Assembly (NCBI GenBank): GCA_018238545.1
Contig: JABCTC010000043.1
Coordinates: forward strand, 1 to 27,786
Length of the DNA: 27,786 bases
Direction of reading: 5' to 3'
Source of the DNA: Candidatus Heimdallarchaeota archaeon
GTDB taxonomy: Archaea; Asgardarchaeota; Heimdallarchaeia; Heimdallarchaeales; Heimdallarchaeaceae
The translations under genes were made by a program, and so were the position numbers. Positions within the stretch are counted from its first letter, which is position 1. Every line of letters starts with the position of its first letter. Positions 18,164 to 26,371 of the stretch are shown one piece after another. The notes beneath the pieces were generated by a model, which had not been told where the DNA came from, searched no databases, and saw only the letters and a program-made list of their open reading frames with translations.

Positions 18164-18949
18164 ATGACAATTCTTGATAATCATCCTAGAGCAGAATCTT
18201 TGAGAATACGTGAAAAAATCATAGAAGGCATGCATAAAAAAATAGTAGCTGAAGCAGGACTAATAGCTCATGGTCGTGGGGAAGCTTACGATTACTTATT
18301 AGGAGAAAAAACACCGAACTATGCACAGAAGCAACAAGAGGTTGCAGTTGCTATGTTATTAACTGCCAAAAAACCTATTATCAGCGTAAATGGAAACATA
18401 GCAGCTCTCTGTCCAAAAGAAATAGTTCAACTTTCAGAGCAAACAGGAGCTTTGCTTGAAATCAATTTGTTTTATCGAAGCGAGGAGAGAATTAAAGCAA
18501 TAACTAGCGTTTTAGAAAATGCAGGTACAAAGACAATTCTTGGAGTTGAACCTGAGTATTATGAAACAATTGAAGAGCTATCACATTTAAGGAGAATAGT
18601 TGATTTGAGAGGGATATATTCTGCTGATTTAGTTCTTGTTCCCCTTGAAGATGGAGACAGAACGATGGCTCTTAGAAGAGCTGGTAAAAAAGTAATAACG
18701 ATTGACCTGAATCCTCTATCTAGAACTTCTCTCTGGTCTAATGTTTCGATAGTAAACAATGTTATTAGAGCTGTACCAGAGATGATTGAAGAATCCTTGA
18801 GATTAAAGGAGAAGGACACTGATGAATTAAAAGAGTTAATAAATGACTTTGACAATTATAAATCACTTCAAGAAACGTTAAATTTCATGTCTTCAAGACT
18901 AAAAGAGTTATCTGAAGGAAAATTGGAAGATCCTACAAAAAACCTATGA
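18164..18949 (+). CDS. pps: Archaeal phosphopantothenate synthetase (4-phosphopantoate--beta-alanine ligase)
   Basis: HPRAESL, GLIAHGRGEAYDYLLGEKT, ISVNGN, LVPLEDGDRT and IDLNPLSRT. Confidence 0.96.
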   Translation: MTILDNHPRAESLRIREKIIEGMHKKIVAEAGLIAHGRGEAYDYLLGEKTPNYAQKQQEVAVAMLLTAKKPIISVNGNIAALCPKEIVQLSEQTGALLEINLFYRSEERIKAITSVLENAGTKTILGVEPEYYETIEELSHLRRIVDLRGIYSADLVLVPLEDGDRTMALRRAGKKVITIDLNPLSRTSLWSNVSIVNNVIRAVPEMIEESLRLKEKDTDELKELINDFDNYKSLQETLNFMSSRLKELSEGKLEDPTKNL

Positions 18950-18950
18950 G

Positions 18951-19763
18951 ATGAAAAAAATGATGAAGAAAGTCACCATAAAAAATCTTCGGAAAATGAA
19001 AGAGGAAGGAGAAAAAATCACTATGATTTCAGCTTATACATATCCAATGTCCAGAATTATAGATCAGATGGGCATAGACACTATTTTAGTTGGAGATTCA
19101 TTAGGCATGACGATTCTTGGTTATGAAAATACTCTCAAAGTGACTTTAGATGATATGATTCGTCATACTCAAGCTGTTTCGAGAGGAGCAGAACGAGCTC
19201 TTGTCATCGGGGATTTACCTTTTCTTTCATACGGATTGAGCAAAGAAGAGACGATTAAGCAAGCAGGAATGTTAATCAAAGAAGGAAATTGCCAAGCTGT
19301 GAAATTAGAAGGTGGAGAAGAAAGAACAGAAGAGATTCGGGCATTATTGGAAATAGGAGTTCCAGTAATGGGTCATATAGGATTAACTCCAACGTATGTA
19401 AACAAATTTGGTGGTTTCAAAGTTCAGGGCAAATCATTAGGAGCAGAATCCAAACTTCTAGAAGATGCTATTAAGTTGGAAGATGCCGGGGCATTTTCTA
19501 TTGTTATAGAATCTGTTCCTTGGAAATTAGCCAAGAAGATAACAGAAGAACTAACTATACCCACTATTGGTATAGGGGCAGGTGAATACTGTGATGGTCA
19601 AGTTCTCGTTATTGATGATTTGATTGGGTTGTCTTTTATTGATAAACCAAAATTTGTTAAGAAATATGCTAATGTCAAAGAAATTGTTAAAAAAGCAGTG
19701 AAGGATTTTATCAATGAAGTTAAAGAAGGGAAATACCCCTCAGAAGAGTACAGATATGGTTAA
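18951..19763 (+). CDS. panB: 3-methyl-2-oxobutanoate hydroxymethyltransferase
   Basis: ILVGDSLG, GDLPFLSY, VKLEGG, VMGHIGLTP and TIGIGAG..CDGQVLV. Confidence 0.97.
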   Translation: MKKMMKKVTIKNLRKMKEEGEKITMISAYTYPMSRIIDQMGIDTILVGDSLGMTILGYENTLKVTLDDMIRHTQAVSRGAERALVIGDLPFLSYGLSKEETIKQAGMLIKEGNCQAVKLEGGEERTEEIRALLEIGVPVMGHIGLTPTYVNKFGGFKVQGKSLGAESKLLEDAIKLEDAGAFSIVIESVPWKLAKKITEELTIPTIGIGAGEYCDGQVLVIDDLIGLSFIDKPKFVKKYANVKEIVKKAVKDFINEVKEGKYPSEEYRYG

Positions 19764-20657
19764 TTAGCGTTTTTTAACTGTTGAATGACAGATAGTTTCT
19801 TTCACAAGGTTAGGATGATTAGGCAAATCATCAGAATCTTTGTAGAGGATAAATATTCCATCGCCTAACATTATTTGACCAATTATGAGATTTTCATTAT
19901 CATATTTATTCATGAATTCTATGACATTTGGAGTGGCCAACATTGAGGAAACAGCAAAATGTCTTGAGGCTAAACCAAAGTTCCTGATTGTAGGTTCACT
20001 GATTATATTTTGCAGTAATAAGTTACCTACACTGTTAATTTTTTCTTTCCAATTGATGTTTTTTATAATAGATTTTGTGTTCATTTCACCAAAAGATAGA
20101 GTTGCTACTTTGAATTGGTTACTGAGGATATTTTTTGCTTTTCCGACATAAGGAGCACCTTCTAAGGTTCGGTATTCCCAACCTCCTTTGTACAAAGCTA
20201 AAATATCTCCTAAACCTCCACCTTCAATAATTTCAGCAGTATGCGCAATTTGATATATTTCATATTCATTCAAATTAAGTTTCAAGAGATCATTAAGTGC
20301 AAATGCACAACTGAGAGCTCCAGATGCACTAGCACCATATCCCGCGGATAAGGGAATCTCAAATTCATGATGAATTGAAACACCAAAATCACCTTCATTA
20401 TTAGCTTGAACTAATTTTGAATAATGATTGAGAACGAAGTTCGATACGTTTGCAAGATTTACTTCTACTTCTTTCTTATTGAAAAAAAAGTGATTTTCAT
20501 TGTCTTCGGAAAATCTCACTGTTGTAGTAGTTCCTCGAGATATTGAAAATCCAGCTCCTCGAGAACCTCTTTTCAATGGGTCTATGTTTTCATCATAGAT
20601 TGCAAAAAGTCCAGAAATATGAGAGGCTACCCAATAGTTTGTCATTTTATCCCTCAT
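19764..20657 (-). CDS. pok: Archaeal pantoate kinase (GHMP family)
   Basis: SHISGLF, GSRGAG, PLSAGYGASAS, AHTAEI...GLGDILA and QIMLG. Confidence 0.92.
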   Translation of the reverse strand: MRDKMTNYWVASHISGLFAIYDENIDPLKRGSRGAGFSISRGTTTTVRFSEDNENHFFFNKKEVEVNLANVSNFVLNHYSKLVQANNEGDFGVSIHHEFEIPLSAGYGASASGALSCAFALNDLLKLNLNEYEIYQIAHTAEIIEGGGLGDILALYKGGWEYRTLEGAPYVGKAKNILSNQFKVATLSFGEMNTKSIIKNINWKEKINSVGNLLLQNIISEPTIRNFGLASRHFAVSSMLATPNVIEFMNKYDNENLIIGQIMLGDGIFILYKDSDDLPNHPNLVKETICHSTVKKR

Positions 20658-21649
20658 AACAACGATTTGAATTCTAAAATAGCTAATTCTTCTGGTTCAC
20701 TTTTATCTGATAGTGTTTTTATTATAGAAACAAGTTTAGAATTAATTGGCGCTTCTACATTTTCACGTTTGCTAATTTCTAGAAATTTACCATTAAGATA
20801 ATCAATTTCAGTTTTAACACCTTTTTCGAGATCCTGAAGCATTGAACATTTATTATCTGAAGTGTTTCGAGCAATTTTATAGATAGTTTCAAGTGCATCT
20901 GTTTTGGATATAGTCATCATTCTTGAAAGAATTGCTATGGTTTCATCTACAATTCGCTCAATGAGATCTAGAAGTTGTTTATCTTTAATTATATCACCGT
21001 TCTTCAACTTTGTAATTGAACCTATAGGATTGATAGTCGAATTTACTATTGCTTTGAGATAATAGTGATATGCAAAATTTTTATTCAAATCTTCAGGAAT
21101 TAAAACATCCAAACCTATTGATAACAACAATTTTTTCCATTGCTCTATTTCTTTAATATCGTTGTAATTCATTACTCCGAGTTTAGTTTCCCCAACAGCT
21201 GTTTCAGTAACCCCTTTCTCATCTCGAAACGCACCTATAGATGATATCGCACGGGTAATCTTCCAATCTTTTTCTTTTTCAGTAAAAGGTTTCTCAACAT
21301 CAATACCGTTTTGAAACAGTAAAATAGATGCTTCATCATCCATATAATCGACTAGATAATCCGCTAAAACTTGATTATTGTATGCTTTTGTAGCTACAAT
21401 ACATTTCTTGAATTTACTTTTTTCAGGTAGAAACTCATACACTTCTGCCTTATGTAATTTAGGAGCATCATCAGAAAATAGTTGAACAAACAAACCTTTT
21501 TCTCTTATTTCTATGGTTCCCCTATTTGAAGTCAAACATACTAGCTCTACATTCTTTTTCTCTAACCGAGAAAAAAGGATAGAACCAATAGCTCCTAATC
21601 CAGCAATAAGAATTGTATTTTTGCTACTCACAGAATAGGATAATTGCAA
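20654..21649 (-). CDS. panE: Ketopantoate reductase (2-dehydropantoate 2-reductase)
   Basis: GLGAIGS Rossmann motif, ATKAY, FQNG, KAIVNSTINP and SMLQDL..G.KTEIDYLNG. 4-nt ATGA overlap with pok. Confidence 0.93.
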   Translation of the reverse strand: MQLSYSVSSKNTILIAGLGAIGSILFSRLEKKNVELVCLTSNRGTIEIREKGLFVQLFSDDAPKLHKAEVYEFLPEKSKFKKCIVATKAYNNQVLADYLVDYMDDEASILLFQNGIDVEKPFTEKEKDWKITRAISSIGAFRDEKGVTETAVGETKLGVMNYNDIKEIEQWKKLLLSIGLDVLIPEDLNKNFAYHYYLKAIVNSTINPIGSITKLKNGDIIKDKQLLDLIERIVDETIAILSRMMTISKTDALETIYKIARNTSDNKCSMLQDLEKGVKTEIDYLNGKFLEISKRENVEAPINSKLVSIIKTLSDKSEPEELAILEFKSLL

Positions 21650-21755
21650 GCTAAATATAAGGTTTTTTTAGAGTTCACCTAGTTGTTACAGAAATTGGGC
21701 TAATAATTTTCGTAAATTGAAAGATGAAAAAATGAGAAATGAGAAAAAGTAAAAT

Positions 21756-22247
21756 CTATTCTTGTGCTTCTTCTCTAACAACATGATGATCAAAATTGAA
21801 ATCGTTCTTGTAACCTTTGTATCTGTCAATTAGAGCCATAGCGTTGTCTTCTTCTTCAACTTGTTCCTCAATGAACCATAATAAGAGAGGGATAGATGAG
21901 TATTCTTTGATTTCTTGTGCAAGCTCATATAATTCGTTGATCTTGCCTGTAATGTATTGTTCATGCCCAAGAGTAGTTTCTAATATTTCCATAATATTGG
22001 ACCAATCTTGTTTTTGTTCTCTCAGTGCAGGATAATGTACTTTTCCTCCTCTTTCAAGAATATGGGATTTAAACTTCATTGCGTGAGCAAATTCTTCTTT
22101 TGCTTGATTTGCAAACCAATCTGCTAGCTTAACTAGAGTTCTTTCTTCAAACCAGTTTGCCATTCCTAAATAGATATATGCTGATTCTAGCTCCTCTCCT
22201 ATCTGTTGGTTGAGAGCTTCATTCATTTTATCACTGATATTTGCCAT
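21756..22247 (-). CDS. ftnA: Non-haem prokaryotic ferritin
   Basis: ALNQQIGEELESAYIY, QAKEEFAHAMK, HEQYIT and WFIEEQVEEE ferroxidase-centre residues. Confidence 0.93.
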   Translation of the reverse strand: MANISDKMNEALNQQIGEELESAYIYLGMANWFEERTLVKLADWFANQAKEEFAHAMKFKSHILERGGKVHYPALREQKQDWSNIMEILETTLGHEQYITGKINELYELAQEIKEYSSIPLLLWFIEEQVEEEDNAMALIDRYKGYKNDFNFDHHVVREEAQE

Positions 22248-22307
22248 AGTAAAAACCTAACTTTTTATCTGTGATTTATTAGTAAGTGAATATTTAAACC
22301 GTAACAT

Positions 22308-22326
22308 TGTGCAAGTTTTTTGCACA
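22308..22326. promoter_or_regulatory. 19-bp 7-5-7 palindrome in the ferritin/coaBC divergent promoter
   Basis: TGTGCAA-GTTTT-TTGCACA, just upstream of a TTTAAATA TATA-like box (minus strand, 22291-22298) for ferritin. Confidence 0.5.
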
Positions 22327-22392
22327 CCAGAAAAACTTGTAAATAACTAACCAAGCCATAAATTTATTTAAATCTTAGATTATTGATTATAC

Positions 22393-23625
22393 ATGTCACA
22401 TCCATCAAGTAATATCATCGGAACAGAAGGAGATGAGCTTAAGGATAAGGTAATTATTCACTGTATAACAAGTTCGATTTCTTGTTTTCTTGCTCCACAA
22501 ATATCAAGAAAATTGATGAGACATGGCGCAAAAGTCATTCCAGTGTTATCGCCTGAAGCTGCAAAGTTTGTAGATCCCAGGATATTTGAATGGGCAACAG
22601 GTGAGATACCTATAACTGAGATTAAGGGGAAAGTAGAGCACGTTAAATATGCCGGGCTGAAAGAAGAGGGGGCAGATTTAATTTTAGTAGCGCCTATTAC
22701 AGCTAATTCTATTTCTAAAATAGCAAACGGCATAATGGATACAGTTGTCACTTTGATGACAGGAACAGCGCTAGGAAACAAGATTCCGATTATTATGGTT
22801 CCTACGATGCATGAAGTAATGATGCATAATCCAGCTATTGAGGAAAATATTGACAAACTAAAGAAGATGGGTGTAAGCTTTGTTTATCCTAGAGTAGAAG
22901 AAGAGAAAGCTAAAATTCCTGAGAATGATGAAATAGTAGATTACTGCATTAGAGAGATTTACAGTAATTCATTGAAAGGGAAGAAAGTCCTGATAAACGC
23001 TGGACCAACTCGAGCATTCATTGACGGAATAAGGTTTATTTCAAATCCTTCTTCTGGTAAAATGGGATATGCTTTAGCTTTAGAATCCTGGAGGAGAGGA
23101 GCAGAGGTTAAGCTAGTTTACGGAGCAACATTATTACTCCCACCTAGGGTTATTGAAGATAAGGTAAATGTTGTATCAGCCAAAGAAATGCATGACCAAA
23201 TGATTGGTGCTCTCAAAGAAAATCAGTATGATTATGTAATATTAGCAGCTGCAATGAATGACTTCGAATCTGAGGAAATTCGTGACATGAAAATTTCTTC
23301 AGCTTCAAATTTAGAATTTAAATTAAAACCAACTGAAAAATTAGCAGATGCAGTAAAAGAAACATCACCTATTTCACAATTAGTACTTTTCAAAGCTGAA
23401 TACAAGAAATCAGATGAAGAACTAAAGGAAATAGCAACAAAGCGAATGCAAAATGCTAACGCAGATTTGATAATTGCTAACGATGTTTCGAAGAAGGAAT
23501 ATGGTTTTGAAAGCGATTTAAACAAAGTATTGATAATTCCATTCGAAGGGGAAATACAAAAAAAAGAAGGAACCAAACTACAAATTGCTAAATGGATTTT
23601 GGATACAATAGAGAAAATGGAATAG
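22393..23625 (+). CDS. coaBC: Bifunctional phosphopantothenoylcysteine decarboxylase/ligase (archaeal type)
   Basis: VEHV, VAPITANSISK, PTMHEVM and GPTRAFIDGIRFISNPSSGKMG. The short clamp region lacks the bacterial LACG cysteine motif, as in archaeal CoaBC. Confidence 0.96.
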   Translation: MSHPSSNIIGTEGDELKDKVIIHCITSSISCFLAPQISRKLMRHGAKVIPVLSPEAAKFVDPRIFEWATGEIPITEIKGKVEHVKYAGLKEEGADLILVAPITANSISKIANGIMDTVVTLMTGTALGNKIPIIMVPTMHEVMMHNPAIEENIDKLKKMGVSFVYPRVEEEKAKIPENDEIVDYCIREIYSNSLKGKKVLINAGPTRAFIDGIRFISNPSSGKMGYALALESWRRGAEVKLVYGATLLLPPRVIEDKVNVVSAKEMHDQMIGALKENQYDYVILAAAMNDFESEEIRDMKISSASNLEFKLKPTEKLADAVKETSPISQLVLFKAEYKKSDEELKEIATKRMQNANADLIIANDVSKKEYGFESDLNKVLIIPFEGEIQKKEGTKLQIAKWILDTIEKME

Positions 23626-23653
23626 AGCTTTAATCCAGTATTGTTTCTGAATG

Positions 23654-24100
23654 TTAGATACTAGAAAATTGAAACCTAAAATCCTCTGGTAGATGTTTTT
23701 TCAAATTCTTCAGGTTTATGAACATCTTTGTGAAATGTTTCAAATCTGGATTTTCTAAAGCTTCATCCAAGGTTATCCAATTGAACTCAGAATGTTCCCA
23801 ATCAAGTTTAACCTCTCCTTTTATGTATTTACAATAGTAGGAGATGAAGACCATAGGAAACTCTTTGCTACCTCTATAGAAGAAACCAGTGTCTACTGGC
23901 ATTATAACTTCCACATCTAAACCTGTTTCTTCTTTAACTTCTCGCACGATTCCTACATTAGGAGATTCGTCAGATTCTAATCTTCCTGTGACAGTTTCCC
24001 AGGTATTTGGTTCAAAATCTCTTTCTGCTGATCGCTTCATGATAAGATACTTTCCATCTCTTTCAATTAAAGCAGCCATTCCAACATAGACTTGTTTCAT
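23654..24100 (-). CDS. Nudix hydrolase
   Basis: Canonical Nudix box GRLESDESPNVGIVREVKEETGL. Confidence 0.92.
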   Translation of the reverse strand: MKQVYVGMAALIERDGKYLIMKRSAERDFEPNTWETVTGRLESDESPNVGIVREVKEETGLDVEVIMPVDTGFFYRGSKEFPMVFISYYCKYIKGEVKLDWEHSEFNWITLDEALENPDLKHFTKMFINLKNLKKHLPEDFRFQFSSI

Positions 24101-24244
24101 ACAAGTGTTAGAAAATCAGTTATATTTCAAATTAACTAAAAAAGTAGAAGGGGCTAGTAAAACTAAAAATAACCAAAAAGATAAGTATAAGAATTTACAA
24201 AAAGATATACATAAAACTGAATATAATCTGGAAAGCGGAGCAAA

Positions 24245-25048
24245 ATGGGAAAAAAAGATAAAGACAATTTTGAAACCTTGAAAGTATCAAAAATTAGAAA
24301 AGCTGCATCTGAGGTTTATATCAATTTGGAGCAAAAACACAATGTCCATGCATTACTCGATTTTGATATTACAGAGACTCGGAAAAGGATTAAACTTCAT
24401 TTTGAAAAAACAGGAGAGAAATTATCGTTTTTAGCATTTATAATAAATTGTGTGGGTAAAGCAGTCTCAGATAATAAAAGAGTACATGCTCTAAGAAAAA
24501 GCAGAAGAAAGTTAGTTATTTTCAATGAAGTAGATATTGCCACGATTGTTGAAAGAAAGATAGAGGGTGAATCCTGGCCTATATTATATGTTATTAGATC
24601 CGCAGACAAAAAACCATTAATAGAGATACATAAAGAAATCCGTAATGCTCAAGTGTCAAAAGATGTTACAGATGATTTTCATAAACTGGTCGAAGTCTAC
24701 TTGAAAGTTCCACGACCCTTAAGACTATTATATAGAAAGAGGATTCAAAATACTCCAAAAGTCCTAAGAAGCTATGCAGGATCTGTTTTAGTCACATCCG
24801 TAGGAATAACTGCACTTAATGGAGGATGGGGCATACCATATGTTGGACATCCACTAGTTATTACCATAGGTGGGATAGAAAAGAAAGCTAAGGTCATCAA
24901 AGATAAGATAGAAATCAGAGAATGTCTAAATGTAACTGTAACTGTTGATCATGATAATCTAGATGGAGCACCAGCAGCAAGATTTGCAGCAGAGATTAAG
25001 GAATTAATTGAAAAGGGTTATGGGTTAGAAAGTCTACTAAAAAAATGA
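24245..25048 (+). CDS. Stand-alone 2-oxoacid dehydrogenase E2-like acyltransferase catalytic domain
   Basis: DITE, VTSVG and catalytic DHDNLDGAPAARF. No lipoyl or E3-binding domain. Confidence 0.88.
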   Translation: MGKKDKDNFETLKVSKIRKAASEVYINLEQKHNVHALLDFDITETRKRIKLHFEKTGEKLSFLAFIINCVGKAVSDNKRVHALRKSRRKLVIFNEVDIATIVERKIEGESWPILYVIRSADKKPLIEIHKEIRNAQVSKDVTDDFHKLVEVYLKVPRPLRLLYRKRIQNTPKVLRSYAGSVLVTSVGITALNGGWGIPYVGHPLVITIGGIEKKAKVIKDKIEIRECLNVTVTVDHDNLDGAPAARFAAEIKELIEKGYGLESLLKK

Positions 25049-25116
25049 AATTTCCTCAATATTCAGATAGATTTATTTTAGTATGAAAGAAATAAGTAAT
25101 TATAAATGTAATTAGA

Positions 25117-26238
25117 CTAGCTAATTTTTGATATAATTAGATGTTCAACATCTCTACTAAATCTACTCTTTATATTAGTGGCATATTTTTTCTTAAAAGG
25201 TTCGATGCTGAAATTACTGTCTGTACAATACGTTTGTTGAACGAAATCAGTGTTTTTTATTATAAGAATGAAATCAGCTTTCGTATTCGTTAAGGTTCTA
25301 GCTAATCGAATATGGTCTTCCTTTTTGAATGTTTTTCCATCATATTTCTTGAAAGCTGAGTCGTATGGCGGATCTATAAAAATGAAGTCTTTCTGGGTAA
25401 GACTATATTTTTTGAGCACAGTTTCGAAATCGGTGCATTCAATCTCAGTGTTCTTAAACAATTCAGAAACATCTTGTGAGAATATGTGGTTAACCTTACT
25501 TCTGAAATTTTTTCTGTTATAGTTTATTCCTCCATATGGAATATTGAAACCTCCAGAACTGTTTTGCCTAAACATACCACCAAAGCAAAATTCTCTTATG
25601 AAATAATAATTAGCAATCATCTTTTCAGATGTCAAAATAATTTTTCCATTCTTAAAATCATTATAAATTTCTCTAAAATGGGTATAATATCCACCTCGTA
25701 AGGCTGTTTCTAATTGTTCTCTAATTTCAAATGTGTTTAAATTTCCATTTTTATCAATACGTGTGTGAAGATTAAAGAAACGGGTTTTCACATTTTTCCG
25801 TATATACTCTTGCAATTGAGTATTATTCTTAGAAAATTCTTCAGTAAACAGTTTGAATATTAAGTGATTATGTTCTTCAAAACTGATATCGATTAAGGAT
25901 TTTGTTTCATCAAAATCATATGTGTTCTCACGAAATTTCAAGTAGACTTCAACTAAATTTGAAATAATCGCATCCATAAAAACACTGTAGTTTTCCCAGT
26001 TTGTAGCATATTGTGTAAGTTCTTCTTTGAATGTGAGATTTTCGTTTTTTATGAACTTATAAAATGTCATTAGTTCAGGAATCAAGTCATTTATTATTGC
26101 TCTATTTGGTTTTAGAAAGAAAAAAAGAGCTCCTCCTCCAAAGAAAGGTTCAAAGTATCTTTCATAATCAGGGATCAAGTGCTTAAAATGCTTTATTTCT
26201 GTTGATTTTCCCCCTGTCCATTTGATTAGCGGTTTCAA
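25117..26238 (-). CDS. D12-class (Dam-like) N6-adenine DNA methyltransferase with a long internal insertion
   Basis: KPLIKWTGGKS, YFEPFFGGGA, IINDL, GMFRQNSSGGFNIPYG and FIDPPY. GAGGT SD-like motif before the TTG start. Confidence 0.93.
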   Translation of the reverse strand: MKPLIKWTGGKSTEIKHFKHLIPDYERYFEPFFGGGALFFFLKPNRAIINDLIPELMTFYKFIKNENLTFKEELTQYATNWENYSVFMDAIISNLVEVYLKFRENTYDFDETKSLIDISFEEHNHLIFKLFTEEFSKNNTQLQEYIRKNVKTRFFNLHTRIDKNGNLNTFEIREQLETALRGGYYTHFREIYNDFKNGKIILTSEKMIANYYFIREFCFGGMFRQNSSGGFNIPYGGINYNRKNFRSKVNHIFSQDVSELFKNTEIECTDFETVLKKYSLTQKDFIFIDPPYDSAFKKYDGKTFKKEDHIRLARTLTNTKADFILIIKNTDFVQQTYCTDSNFSIEPFKKKYATNIKSRFSRDVEHLIISKIS

Positions 26239-26371
26239 GTTACAACCTCATTTTAGATGTCAAACGCTCTTTTACTGTGTAAATAAACACGATTTATATA
26301 GTTTTAGGAAATAAAGTCTACTTTCATCTTTTTATTATAGAATTGGATTTTAAATACTGAAATGTAGTAAT

